From Octopus sinensis (lineage: Eukaryota): a DNA stretch of 64,000 nucleotides. This document shows, piece after piece, positions 13,912 to 28,499 of the stretch (position 1 is its first letter; the number at the start of each line of letters is the position of its first letter). The notes below the pieces were generated by a model. That model did not search any database and was not told the origin of the DNA. It was given only the letters and a program-made list of their open reading frames with translations. The position numbers and the translations under genes are program-made. The DNA lies in assembly GCF_006345805.1 (NCBI RefSeq), contig NC_043004.1, positions 14,694,001 through 14,758,000 on the forward strand, given 5' to 3'.

Positions 13912-14799
13912 CTATTATGTAAAAACTGTTCTGTCTGTTTGTGTGTGTGTCTATTAGGATCTCGGGTATCCTCCATCCTATTGCACTCAGTTTTGATATG
14001 TAGATACCGACGGTATCAGGGCGTCTATAAGTCTTGAAAAAAATTATTCCTGGTGAGAATGCGATCGATAAAGACCGTGGAAATGTGCATTTGTAAAATC
14101 GTTTTTCTTGGAATAGAAAAAATGTCTATCGTTATTTCTTTTACTGGTGTCTCAAATTTAGGTTAAATCAGTGTTTCTCAAAGGGGAGGCCTATGGGACG
14201 GTCGGACAAGTTGTTTGGAGAAAATTTGGTTTAAATGTTTGACAACTCTGCACCGTTCATTGGACGGGGGGCGTTTTGCTTGTACCTATCTATTTCAGTA
14301 TATGGGGGTGCATTCGTGCATTATTTCATATTACATAATTAAATGTTTGCCAAATCTTTGACATTGCCCTTTTTTTTTAATGTTTCACCAATTTGGGTAA
14401 CATTTGTATGCAAAGTGCATGCTTAGCATTTATGTATGATGGTTATAATGAAATTAAAATTTTAAGGGAAATAAGTAATATCTTTATTAATGTGTTCCAT
14501 TGAAAACATTTGAAAATAACTGGTACAATTTTTGCCTCAGGTAATATTTTTGCAACTCAACAACGAATGGTATTACTGTTGAGCAAAGAAAAGCTGCGAT
14601 GACTAATGCATTTTTACATAAGGAAGGAGCAAGATCTTATGTACGCTCATGTTATTCCTTAGATTAAGAAAGTAGAGGTTCCTATTGACCTTCAATTTAT
14701 CCCTAAGCAGAACAAGAATGTCATGTTATAATTTGTTGAGTTTTATTCAGTTAATGTTCAATTTGATATATAACACTAAGCAGGAACAAGAGCTTTCTG

Positions 14800-14890
14800 G
14801 AAGAAGAAGAAGAAGAAGAAGAAGAAGAAGAAGAAGAAGAAGAAGAAGAAGAAGAAAAGAAGAAGAAGAAGAAGAGAAAGAAGAAGAAAA
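14800..14890. repeat. (GAA)n microsatellite
   Basis: Direct reading. Confidence 0.95.
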
Positions 14891-17800
14891 AGTTAGTTGT
14901 GTGCAAGAATGTTTGAAGAAGTTATTTAGTATGTGATCTCCACAAAGATTGAATAAAAGAAGGAGCAGTAAATAGTGATATATCGGGCGGGTTTAAATAC
15001 TGGGAATGAAGTGAAAACATTTCAAAAGATTCCAAGCCAATATACTAGCGGAAGAGTTTGAAAAGACTAAGCTGGATGGGGGATGAGTGTTATGGGATGT
15101 TATGCTTTTCTATCATAGTCATTTCGTTTGAGAGATGAAAAGAAAATAGTTATCGCTCCAATGAATAGAATTCTGTTAATGTGGATAATGAAGGAAACAT
15201 TAGGAAAATTGGACATCTACTTAACTTACAATAACATTCTCTCGAGAATATTGTAAGGTGTATAGACGAGAGTATTAAAGAAAAGCAACAAAGGGATTTT
15301 GACGTGGTCCAAAATTGGAAGGAAATGCGACAAGGATTCTGGTATATTTTAGAGGAGGAAAGGAAATAGATTTTGATGTTCATTAATAAGAGTCAATACG
15401 AAGACTAGAAATAAGGATTAATTAGATGCTTTGATGTAAAGAAATATATTGTGACATTTTTATTCCGTTTATTTTGATCTAAAATTAATTAGATTCACTT
15501 AATGAATAAACAACATTTATCATACATATTACACTATAAGTATAAAGAACCATATATAAGTATATATATAAATATATATATTGATGTACAGAGGCAATTA
15601 AGTATTCGTAAATATACATATTTTTATTGTACTAAACTTGATTTTATGGGTGTTTGTTTCGAAAGGGGCTGACTAACAGGAATGTGGTAGACTATTTTCA
15701 TCTAACCTGCAAAATGAGTCTTTTAAATAATGACAGAAAACGAAAACGCTACTGGTTGTCTTACGCACGAACAGGAATTAAAATTGATAAAATGCTAGAA
15801 TAACTGTTAAGCTATAAGGTAAATTAGTGGCCTTCACTATCTGCAGGAACCTTGTGTCGGAAATTTAAAAAAAAAAACCCACTTAAGATATATAATTCAA
15901 CAAAATGACGGATTATGAGGGGTTTTGTAATAGTGTAGAGGAGGGAAGAGGTATTACTGGACAGGGAGAGCATATTTTAGCGATAGGATAAATATTTCTG
16001 AAAAAAACTACATGGAGGGGGAACGGGGTGACAAGGAAAAGACATACACATATGCACACACTCACACATGTAGAAAGGAAGAAACAACCACTTACTAAAG
16101 AGAGAAGCCTACGCCTTCTTTTATATTTATATATGTGTATTTATAATTATATATTTATAGCTTGTTGTATGGATTTAAATATGTATGTAGGTGACAATCT
16201 GTTGTCGTTTTGTTGTTTCTCTTCGCTTCCTAATCTCTCTTTGTATACATATATACACACACACATACACACGTATATATATATATAAATGTATGATGTA
16301 CACACACACACACTCACGCGTATATATATATATATACAATTTTTTATGAGCTTATAGTTTAAAAAATAATATTATTATTTACAGAATTTTAAAAATCGAC
16401 ACTCCTTACCAGAAACCCCCGCAGAAAAGCACGAATTTTGTTAACACACGCACATACACACAAACACACACACATATGTATGTATCTTACACACACCACA
16501 TGCACATATTTGTATGTATCTACTTACGTGTGTGTGTGCATGAATATTTGCTTGTGTATACCTGATTTTCCTATTTCCGCAGGTGCTGGTTTCTGTTTCT
16601 GTGCCGGATGTGGTTGTAAATGTTACCTATCAGCCACTGATATTTTTCCCCCGATGGTTTTTCCATTATTTTTTAAAATCTTAATTCTAGTCGTTTTGAC
16701 ATCTCTCTAATAACAGTGGTTACACCTTCCAGCTTCTTTAGCCCGTCTCCTCAACATCTAGTTTTCTTGACATCTCGTCCAACTCGTTCCTAAATTAATT
16801 ACTGCCAATACTAGTTGACACTTCCTTTCTTTCTGACGTAGTGTTCTGGCCAAGTCGTTAGAAAGCTCTTATTTCCCAAAATATAAAGTACATGCCAATG
16901 GTTAATTTTTTTCTGAAATCTCTAAAGTCAACTGAAATTGTATACACCTAGTTTAATTTTAACTTATACTCAGCTTTTGATGTTGACTTTTTATGCATTT
17001 GCATACCCTCTTTTCCTTTCCTAAATATTGCTTGAATAAATATTTGTTGTTAAATTCCAGTTAACAGTGCAAGGTGTATGCTTAAGCACTCCCTCAAACA
17101 CACAAACACACGCACGAATGCACACACATACACACACACACAGAAAAACACACACACACAGTGAAACATACTTACACACGCACAGGAACGCACATGGAAA
17201 TACAATGACATTCACAAAAAACATCCACATGACAAGAGACAGCTCTCACTGAAAGTTTCTTCGAAAAGCGTCCACATCTACGTTTATGCATTTACATTAT
17301 TATCAACGCATATTTATGGTTTACTCTTTTTTAATTATATGCATTCAGAATTAAGTCTTCTGTGGTTTAAACAATCACATTTTCATCTATGCCTTGATGG
17401 CGTCATTATTTTCAGGGTAGACTTTGATTAATCAAAAAGTTTCCTAAGCCGAAGAAAAGTTCAATCTGAAGAAGTATATTTATACGTTAAAAGTATCGCC
17501 AAAGAGGACGAATAATTTCTAAAATAAAATTTTATAAAATAGGATTAAATATACAAAACTAAATTTGTATAACTCTATACTGTTCAAGACCCAAATACAT
17601 TACTTTAGCTTGAAAGTTACATTTATACCATAAGTCATTGTAATAATAGATGTCGCACTGCTTAAAACTATTCACAGACACGTCAGAATAGGTCCAGACA
17701 GGCTATATTAAATTTGCGTTAAATATTCAACAGCATACATCTCTCTCATTGACTGTTCCTTGATAGAAATAATACAAATGTATTTCAGTTAGAAGTCAAT

Positions 17801-17987
17801 CTAATTTAAATTTCGTCCAAAACTACTAGGAAATATCTATGATGTATACAGTAGGGTCTAAATGTACAAGAATGTAAGAAAAATATGCCATGTTTCTACT
17901 TTGTGAACATATGATATCGAAGAATGATTTCACAAGAAAAGACGAACCTCAGTCAGTACATTCCTATCTTCAATTTGGTGAAACATA

Positions 17988-18528
17988 TTGGGTTGTCCGT
18001 GAAGTTCGTGCCCATTTATAGTAGCTTACCTTTCGACTTATTTTAGAACATGGAGTCCATAAAATAGGATTTGACTACACCTCCATTTAGAGCACAGATT
18101 AAGCTATCTTTTAGTGGAAGAAGGTTTATGTTCCCATAACCTGTGTTCATTCTGTAACCCTTTGGAAATGGAAGATAAGAAAGTTCCTTTTCGGCACTTG
18201 ATGCTTTGGGAACCAGACAAAAATTGCTGCTGCTCGACTGGGATGTGTTACCCCACCCTCCATATTCACCAGATATTGCTCCTTCGGATTTCCACTTATT
18301 CAGGTCTCTGCAGAATAGTCTTAATGGTAAAAAATTCAGTTCCTTGGATGACGTAAAAAGATATCTTGATGAATTATTTGCCATGAAACCACCTCAATTC
18401 TGGGAAGAGGGTATTTTCAAGTTAAAGGATAGATGGTTAATATTTGGTTGATTAAAAATGTAATGTCAAGTATTTATTGACCGTTTTCTTTCCTTTAAAA
18501 ATCGGCACGAACTTTCCGGACAAACCAA
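17988..18528 (+). mobile_element. Internally deleted mariner element (541 bp)
   Basis: TIRs ttgggttgtcc..aagttcgtgcc / ggcacgaactttccggacaaaccaa, with TA on both sides. Encodes MEDKKVPFRHLMLWE fused out of frame to TRQKLL..WDVLPHPPYSPDIAPSDFHLF (mariner YSPDLAPSD motif). Confidence 0.93.
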
Positions 18529-19002
18529 TACATTCTACAAAGTTAAATAGTTAACACATAATCTTGCTAATAACAACCAGCTGTATATAGATCACCTAAA
18601 GAGAGCAAGGAAGCCACAGGTATGCATAATTCTAACGTAATTTCTCGAGAAGTAAATGAGTATGTAGATAATTACATAATATATTCGTGAATGTCAGCCT
18701 CAGGCACACAAGATCATCACATTTGTAAGAGAAGTCGAATTAATGATACCAAATAACAAACTGCAGTTGTATTAACTGCATAATTATAGAGACAGTCCTT
18801 GGCTATAGTAGAAATCTCTTGTTTCAGTCCCACAACAGTGTGAACGAACTCAGCCACATAGCAATAGCTACGCTACTTTACAAAATCAAATACGAATGAG
18901 TGTTTATTTTACAATGATGTAAGGACATTATCTTTACGTTCTGATCAATAGAAATTACACGTCGAATAATGATTATAAAATGATATAATATCGATTCCAG
19001 AT

Positions 19003-19170
19003 TTTGCACAGGACCAGCAATTTCGGGCATGAGTGATAGTCGTTGACATTGACCCCATTGTTTATCTGGTATTTATTTTGTCGGGACGAAATGATGAAAG
19101 ACAAACTCGAGTTCGGTGGAATTTGCACTTATAACGCCCGGCGTGCTAAAGATTCTGCCAGTTCACTCAT
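19003..19170 (-). mobile_element. Highly diverged SINE (aaggcgg-head family)
   Basis: gatgaaagacaaactcgagttcggtggaatttg..cggcgtgctaaagattctgccag resembles the copies at 909 and 51 kb. Confidence 0.55.
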
Positions 19171-19858
19171 AAAGTAATAATAATATCAAAAGCTTAAGAT
19201 AAAGTTCTTGATACAATTGCCAAATATTTAGTACATTGTATATTTAGTGAAAATGCGACCATCGCCACACTTCTGCTAAGTGGCGTTTAAATTAAGTCAA
19301 TGTACTTCAATGTGCATTTCTATATAAAAACATTACTCTTTAATACGCATTTACACACTTTCTTCCACTCCTCCCAGCCAAATATATAGGAATTATGTAT
19401 GCATGCATATAATCCATATGTGTCTGTATATATAAGAATGTATTGATAAGTGCAGCCATGACCAATTAGTTAAGCAGATTGCTTGGCAGCCGTAAGCAAT
19501 CGTATTTGATCCTAATATGTCATGTCCCCTCCGGCAAGTGTATTTACCATATCCGTGACCAGCTTAATCATTCGTGGGAACGCAAATAGACTAAAACTGA
19601 CTACTGTCTAACAAGTGACGACTGGCCAAATGGATTGTGCTTGTAATTACAAAATTCAGCTTTTTAATCCATTATGTTATGTATAAGAGTTACATGTCTC
19701 TGACAATTTGACATTAATTAGTAGATATTTATATTACTTTATGTAATTAACAATCACCCTATTCTAATGAAATGTATGATATCGTATATATATCTTACAG
19801 ACTATCTTTCATGTATATTGCTTTGTTACGTGTGTATGTAAACGTTTTGTATGTATGT

Positions 19859-19949
<91 letters not shown>

Positions 19950-20586
19950 TGTGTGTGAGTGTATGTGCGTGTACGTCTGTTTATGTTCAGCTAACTACAA
20001 TGTGAGTTACTAGTAATTAGGCTAAATTCAATTAAGCATTAATTGTCAGATGCTGTAAATCACACCACCGGTGTTTGGAATATGCTTACAAGTGTATATA
20101 TGTGAGTGTATCTGTGTGTTAGGGAACAAAACTTGTTCTTAAAGTGAAATTTGAATTTTACGGAGGATAAAAGTGAATTTTAGTACTAAAGTTAAGTAAA
20201 TAGAGGAATATATAGCATTTATGTTATAAGCTAAATGTATGCAAACAATGTATGACAGGAAAGTCACCAACAACATGCGTTTTCAGAATCGTGCTAAATT
20301 CAACGAATAAAATCAATCGACATACAAAAAAGAAAGAAAGCAGATGCAACCAGAAGTTTTTTTTTTATGTAAGGTCATCAATCATCATTATAATCTACAA
20401 GCAAGTTCATTGTTCCCAGTTACGATTAGCCATGCGATCTGCAGTTGTTCACAATGTTCCTCATACAGCGATGTATAGCAGAAGTGAGAGAAAATTAGAA
20501 AGAAAAATGTATAGCTTTTTTGATACCACACAATTCTGTACATTCTGTTCAATAACTATAAGTAAATATATATGTTATATATATAT

Positions 20587-20638
<52 letters not shown>

Positions 20639-20732
20639 GTATACATTTATGTGTGTATACGTGTGTGTAAATATATCTATATGCGTATTATAGACTTAAG
20701 TATACTTACATACATAATTTATATGCATGTAT

Positions 20733-20768
<36 letters not shown>

Positions 20769-23389
20769 CATACTGATGTATATATTTCTATATATAATGT
20801 GTATGATTGTGTGTGTGCACATATACATAGAATATGTGCGCGTGTGTGTCTGTTTTGCGTGTACAACAGACATCGATTACATTATATTGCTGTTCATGTT
20901 ATTTATGTGTAGTAATAAATGGGTGCTTTTTATTGATTGTTGAAAGACTTGTAGGATTCTCTGACTGCGAAAGATGGTTTCTGGTTATTGTGCATAAGAA
21001 TATTCACGCGTGCTGGAGATTAACTTTGAAACGAATCATTGCAAATATTGAAGTGGCGCCAGTATATTAAGAAGCAGAGATAGCTCTTTGGTTAGTAATC
21101 AATAAAATGAAAAAGGAAAGGAACGAAAAACTGATTGTCTCATTATGTTGTTTCCTTGAAGTTGGAAACTGAAATAGACGTCTATCAGAAGATAATTGGG
21201 GAACACTTCATAGGAAGACTTGTTATAGATTTCTTTTTTTTTATCTTATTTATTGCAGTTTACAAATTTACATGTTTTCTCAAAAGCTTCCTTTTCCATG
21301 CAAAGTGAAAAATAATTAATCCAGCTCCGGGACAATCTATGGCTGCCCAATATACAGAAAATGAGAGTGACAATTGACAATACAGACACTTTTAGCACTT
21401 CAACTAAAAAACGTTACTCTCAGCAATTCATGACACTACATGAAGACATCTTGTGTAAACGCTAAAATAATTGTAAGAATTCTTTTACAGATTATGTAAC
21501 GATTGCTTTTTGAAAAATGGCAACTAATGTTCGAATGATTTTACAAATTACTTTTACAGTCAGAATTATGGATCAAATATAACTGCTGCATTCTTCTCTC
21601 ATTCAGTTAGTTTACTTTCTTTTAGTTTGAGACTTACTGCTATTGCCCAGAACGACTTTATCACTTCGATAAAATTTCTGTAAACTGTGCACCAGCATAA
21701 ACCTTATGTATTACTAATGTAGTACCTAATCGGTTTTACTAATGAAATATATAATGATACATAAATGGTGTGTATTATGTATCATAACTTAATTGTGTTA
21801 CATCTCAAGGTTTTGGTATTTTAGCTTTCTTATTCTAGGATCCTTATACTTAATATCCATGTTTATATTTACATCTCTTTGAAATTACACCTTATCAAAT
21901 GGTTGATCTGTTTCGATATTTTCTAGTTAACATTTTAAGACTAATTACGTAAGTTACCTACAAAGCAAATATGCAGTTATTTGAATATGGTCTTAGAAAA
22001 GATAGCTATGCAATATCTTGATGTACAACCTGCACATGACTACTGTTAAAATATCTTTGACTACTCTTTTTGATCCCGTCTCACAACGCATTTTGAAATA
22101 ATCGTTTTGTTAAATTTCTGTGCAGGCAGTGATCTAGAAACATATTCATTAATCTACGTTGGATTTCTACTTTCATTTATCAAATATACTAATATATGAA
22201 TTTTACCAAACATCTCTGATCATTACATCATGCTAGGGCTTAATTCGAAGATAAACTCATCCTCAGCTATAAACATTTAAAATGCTTCGGGGGCTTGATT
22301 CAAAAGAGGCACCAGGATACCATGACTTAAATGTTGTTGTATTTGGGAGGGATTCCATGGTGTGAGTGAGTTCTCTAACGATCCGAGTTCTTGCCGCAGA
22401 GTGTTGAAGTACTCACGTGGCAATCGACTACTTACTGGTTGCGATTCTGTGTACCTGTAAAGGGGAGTTACTATCAACCTAACGGAAGTTAACAGCATTT
22501 TGTGAATTAATCATACACAAGATTGTAGAGGGATGCAGGAAACATGCTCAAGATGCCATACAAATCGAGGGTAATCCGTTACACAGGGGGTGTGAAGCGA
22601 ACTACTTAACTAAAAGTCTTTATCTGTAGCCATATAGCAGCAATTCCGTTTACATAGCAGCAAAAATGATTACACGACGATATGGACAATTAGAGAGAAA
22701 GTCAATGATAATTTTCCATAATGTAACTAATATATTGAATAAATACTCAATTGTTTCAATAACATTTGCGTATATATGTTTAAATGAATTGAGATGTTAT
22801 AACTTACATATATTGCTAGAATAATTTAAACTTTTATTTTGTTACTACATACTCAGGGATAAATTTAACTGATACTAGTAATCATGATGCCTAGATGATG
22901 CTATACTAAATCATTGGAGGTAGTATTTTGTATCATCAACATTGAAGATGTCCTTTTTCTTTGAATAGTAATTTTCTTTCACCCAAACCGATTTCTATAG
23001 AATTTAAAATTACATAGAATATATTTAAATAACATAATTTTGATACAACTTTCAGAACAGAAAATATCTATTTCTCAAAACTTTTCCTCTGTCATGAATA
23101 TCAAAAGGAGTAGAATTTAGATTAGGTAACTTATTTTGTTTATAAATGAATTTATTCATAACTTCGAGGAAAATGGATTTAGTAATTCATAGCATGTAAA
23201 TTCACAGAAATTAAACCCTATATTTTTTCTTTATCAGTAATCAGAAATATTATCAAGGCTAATAATAAATTGCATCAATCATTAATTTATAGGTTTCCAT
23301 TGGTAAAAATTAACAAATGAATTGGAAGTTAAGATTATTTTCAAAACTATTTCAGCGAGATCTTACAACAGCCCTGCTGCATGCTACAA

Positions 23390-23390
23390 A

Positions 23391-23468
<78 letters not shown>

Positions 23469-23482
23469 CATTATTATCATCA

Positions 23483-23552
<70 letters not shown>

Positions 23553-23600
23553 CATTATTATTATTATTATTATTAATGGTAATGATAATAATAATAATAC
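23390..23600. repeat. (ATT)n microsatellite
   Basis: Direct reading; source of four spurious ORFs. Confidence 0.95.
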
Positions 23601-23679
23601 AATGCACAACGAAATAGAAACAAAACTAAGAAACTGTTTTCACATTTCCAGGAGTTTAACAAATGCAAAACAGAGGCTG

Positions 23680-24240
23680 AAATAACAGATATATAGAAAA
23701 TATAGAGATGGTTATAGATATTTTGGAAAGAATGTAAAATGTAAAATATATCGAGGCAACAGTATTATGATGGATAATAACAAAAGTAATCTTTGAAATA
23801 CTAGCAGAAACTGAATGGCATGTGATTATACCAGAATAGACCTCTGAGAATGTCAAACCAACGTTACCCTGAGATACACCTATACATGGAGATAGAGAGT
23901 TCAAATCTAATCTACAAAATATCAATTCACGGATGTTTCCGGCACAATAGATAACGGTGAAAATCTAGAAGAAATGGAGAATTTACCCAAATATAAAACA
24001 TGGACAGCAAGAGATTCCTGAATGTGGGTTCTCGCCGCAGACACTATCCTTATAATGATAATACATCATGCAAAAAAACATAAGCAAAAGTCTGTTGTTT
24101 ACTCAAATGCATAGTAGAAAATGTTATGAGACATATCGCACATAAAATTTAGAAAACTTTCAATTCAACAAAACCAAACCATGCCAAACCAAAACATTGC
24201 ACATATCCAAGGGACACACAGTTTCCTCTGGAAGGTTAGT
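23680..24240 (+). mobile_element. Decayed restriction-like-endonuclease region of an R4/Dong-type non-LTR retrotransposon
   Basis: *DTPIHGDREFKSNLQNI resembles WD..I.TDR.I.ANRPDI, and EEMENLPKYK..MWVL resembles KE.EK..KY...MW. Stops present. Confidence 0.5.
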
Positions 24241-25515
24241 GAATGCAAACTACAAGTAAGAATAATAAATGATAATTTTGATCTCTGATTTAGGCAGAGC
24301 ACCAATAATTTTGAAATGGAAGTTTTAGTTGATGCCATCGTCATCCATATTTAACTAATACTTAATTTTCCGATGCTGCATTGAAGAAATGCAAAGCTGA
24401 TCACACCTGTGTTTCAAATTAGATTATTGAGGCCGCATAAATACCGTAGCGTGCTCTGATTTTGCTATAACTATTCTGTTAATTTGAAGACAAGGATTTT
24501 TAAGAAAGGAATTTTAATGTTACTCCCTTGGACAGCCAACTCGATGACTAAATGTATTTGGTTCTCATTTTTATCTACTCTTGAACAGAGTTTAAACTCA
24601 GAACTTCAAGTGGTGACGTGTAATACTGTATAGCGTTTTGTCCATTTCCTTTACACCTTCGAACAACCATTAGCATTACAGTAAGAACGTTAAAGGAAAA
24701 AAATAACAATAGGAATAATCGATGACAAAGATCTACCGGTTAAAACACACTTTGAGTATTGGAATGGGAAGAAAAAATGTTATTTAGTGGTGTCATGACC
24801 TGAAGAGAAAATATTAGTGTATAATAATTTATACAGAGTTAACAATCTGGACTTTGATTTCTGACGAAAAACATTATTTTGTATATCAGATTTGTTATTT
24901 GCTTTCCATGTAAAACCTAAAGTAAATCCCTGGTGGATGGCTCCACAAAATCAATTGAGACATCTGATATATTTTCTAATTCTAATACTTGTCATATTCA
25001 CAACCCTTGCTGCAGAATATGTTTACTGTAATTCGACACTTCTCAGTAAATTTCAATTTCTAAATGGATTATAATGACATAGAATTTATAAAATGATAAG
25101 TTATCGATCAACGTGCACATCTTAATATTCCCAAGAAAAATATTTGATAACGGCAAAAGAGGGAAGCACATTAACCGTAAGATTTATTTATTGCAGACTA
25201 ATTCATGAAAATAGAATAAATCAATTAGAAATAACATAGTTATTAGTTTCAACGCAAAATTTTAAATAAATTTGCCTCAAAATATAGTAGTGAGTCTCAC
25301 CATCTGTAAATACTTTGTCATAAGTCTTAAAGGCACATCAGAACAATATGCTTGGTTTACCATTCATATAGACGCATACAAATACACATATATATATACA
25401 TATATGTGTTTGATTCTGTGTGCGCGTACTTGTTCTTCGCCCCCATGGATCTACTAGGTATATATGTGTGTGTGTATGTGTGTGTTGTGTGTGTGTGTAT
25501 GTAATATATATATAT

Positions 25516-25735
25516 ATGCAAAGGTGCTGAAAGGTTCTCTGCTTCGGGCAAAAGACAGTACAGGAGGATCAGTTAATTATGACTCTGTTCAAAAGAATCC
25601 TCTCTCAGAGCCACACACCTACTGCAGCGGTCCTCCGTTTTTTCCAAGCTCTGTTAAAGGACTCAGAAGTTTCGGCTTCGAACCAGGCCTTCCGAGAGAC
25701 CGTCAAAAACAGAAACACCTCAACACCTCTTCGCG
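25516..25735 (-). mobile_element. Mariner-derived MITE (about 220 bp)
   Basis: Degenerate TIRs (ggtgctgaaag.ttc). Minus strand encodes a mariner C-terminal remnant (AWF...LEK.EDRCSRCV). Homologous copy at 50723-50918. Confidence 0.65.
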
Positions 25736-25769
25736 TGTGTATATATATATATATACATGTATGTATATG

Positions 25770-26110
25770 CACGAGAGGGCACCCAAAAGTAACTGGAAAC
25801 ATTCACTGTGGGACAAGCTAGTTGTAGCTCAGGCTTCCGCCGCTAGAGACCACTTGAAGCAACATTCAGGCATCAGTCTGCCAATCACTGGCAGCGGTTA
25901 ATGTCATGCTGCCATGTGGTACATCTTTGTTTTTCAGTGCTTCTCCTCTCTTTGTCAATTTTTGCGATGGCTGACGCAAATGAACAGCATGTTTCTGTGA
26001 AAGTTTGATTCCTGCTGGGGTAAAGGACAGCCGAAACAATTGTCATGCTTCAGATAACTTACAAGGATGCTGCTATGAGTAAAACAGAAGCTTATGAGTG
26101 GTTCCCACTC
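25770..26110 (+). mobile_element. 5' fragment of a mariner-like transposon
   Basis: MADANEQHVSVKV*FLLG*RTAETIVMLQITYKDAAMSKTEAYEWF, a mariner N-terminal HTH pattern. Cut off by (TA)n(TG)n. Confidence 0.7.
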
Positions 26111-26121
26111 GCGTATGAATA

Positions 26122-26222
<101 letters not shown>

Positions 26223-27237
26223 TGTGTGCGTGTGTGTTTATGCGTGTATATCTACTTACCTACATGTTTGTATATATCTGTTTATGCACAAAAATACATA
26301 TATAGTATGGACATACACACATACATATATGCTTTTGTGTGTATACATATATACACACGCAACTATGGTACTACAAGTGAGGAAGAATTTTAAAAGGAAG
26401 GAAAAATCTAGTAAACTTGTCATATAGCCATAGAAAATAGCGATTCCTTGAAAGCTAATATAATACGGTTTCCTTTTGAATACTTCGAATGCATAAGGCA
26501 ATACCAATCAAACCAAGAAACAATACGGACACAAATGGGAATAAAGCCATGAACGTCATATATTCAAATGACGACTACACGAAATGTAATTTTTTAATCT
26601 TTTTCTTATTTTATATATATTGTGAAAGTTCGAAAGACTCTCTCCACGGTATGTGTCTGTGCGATCTGCATTAACCTTCGGCTGTACTACAATAACAATA
26701 TAAGACGCAAATAATTTCGTTTTCTCTTTTGACATATCCAAAAGTAGATCCCAGTTTACCGAGAAAAATTCCATGGAAACGAATGCTGGAAGACGAAATG
26801 TCAGATAATATAATCACATGATGAATTTTAAACCAAAAATAGAGACATCATAGAATTCATTGTAAATACGACATGGATATTACAATTAAGGGTACAGAAA
26901 CTAACAGAGAAATACACGCGAATATCAATGGGAATTTTAAAAGAAATTGCTACAAGCCACAGAATTTTGTTAAAACAAAAATGAACAACTGTCTTTTGCA
27001 ATTATCCACTAATATTAAAAGAAAAAAAGCATTCACAAATCTTTTTGAAATACATACAGAGTAAATTCAAAGAGAAATAAATTGACAGTAAAATAAGAAA
27101 TTAATAAAAACAGTACTATGAAGAAAACATGTAAAAGTGGCACCAGTAAAATTTATTAGATCAATATATTATTCATGTTTTGTATTTCCATTTCTGAATT
27201 CTAAAATAACTTAAGACACGTAAATGTATATGGCATA

Positions 27238-27272
<35 letters not shown>

Positions 27273-27286
27273 TGATGATGATGATG

Positions 27287-27343
<57 letters not shown>

Positions 27344-27369
27344 GTAATCATAATAATAATAATAATAAA

Positions 27370-27405
<36 letters not shown>

Positions 27406-27439
27406 TTTAATATCGTTGTTGTGTTGTGGTTGTTGTTTA

Positions 27440-27995
27440 TGTTCTTCGTTGTCAGGCACTCGCTGCTCTCTACCAGTCAGGCAATACGGTCGGTAGTATT
27501 TTATGGTAACATTGTATAGAAATTTAGCGGTTGATAAGAGCGATTCCTTTCTCGGGGAGACTCTAGCGACGAAACCTTTTTTCATGCGCTCGTGTAGTGT
27601 TCCAGTGTTGCGGATTTGTGGAGTTATGGCGAAAAGCTGTTATCACCTGTGGGACGACTCCAACTATCGGACGAATCCATCCTGAAATTCGTCCTACCAC
27701 CGACATTTAACAAGTTTTCCTCTTCTAGTAGCTATGGCAATAGTGAGTGTGTGATGGATGTTGCTGAAAGGATTAAGTAAAACACATTTCCTCTTCGTTC
27801 ACTGTTTAAAGTTCCACTTGGAAAGGAAAGTGAGTGGGGAGAGAGAACTAATACTTGCCAGTGAATTTTTTGCCGGTGATTAGCAAAACTAATTTGAGTG
27901 AATGGCCCCACTGAAAGTTCGAGTCTATAGAACGGAGAGCATAAGAGAGAGTTCGTATCTGTGGTGGTTAGGGTAATTCCGGAAGTATGAGGTTC
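27440..27995. mobile_element. Unclassified GC-richer block bracketed by (AAT)/(ATT)n tracts
   Basis: Sharp compositional contrast with trinucleotide tracts on both sides. No protein motif recognised. Confidence 0.3.
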
Positions 27996-28031
27996 CTAGT
28001 TAGGAGTAATAATAATGATAATAATAATATT

Positions 28032-28068
<37 letters not shown>

Positions 28069-28101
28069 GTTATTATTCTTATTGTGCCTAGAGAAGAAAA
28101 G

Positions 28102-28188
<87 letters not shown>

Positions 28189-28499
28189 ATTATTATTATT
28201 ATTATTACTACTACTACTACTACCACTACTACTAGTAGTAATAATATTAATAAGTGTTACATGCCATTTTAATTACGAAAGATGTTTTTCTTAAACTTAG
28301 GAAGCAACAAGTTTCCTCAAATGAAGAGGAAATTTTACAGGGTTTCTTGCACTCGGTCTCGGGTACTGAATAGAAACGTCGAAACTCGAGTAATGGATAG
28401 ACTATTCAGCTGTGTTAATTTGCTCTAAGAAACTCGAAAATCAAATATAGGCAGCAGGAGAAGTATCAGCAACAGTAGTTTTCTGATCCTGCTTTTCCA

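Noticed and set aside
14169-14522. Possible hAT MITE (cagtgtttctcaaa ... tttgaaaataactg)
   Set aside because: 3 of 14 TIR mismatches and no matching 8-bp target duplication.
14990-15420. Possible RTE-like RT tail (RLSWMG..)
   Set aside because: Similarity too fragmentary to support without a search.
16438-16710. Cys-rich ORF after a strong plus-strand acceptor (ttccgcag|)
   Set aside because: No domain pattern or partner exon. The opposite strand looks more like a decayed LINE ORF1, which is itself too weak to annotate.
22277-22498. 73-aa minus-strand ORF with an internal ag..gtaagt pair
   Set aside because: The implied exon is only 19 nt and no recognisable protein motif is present.
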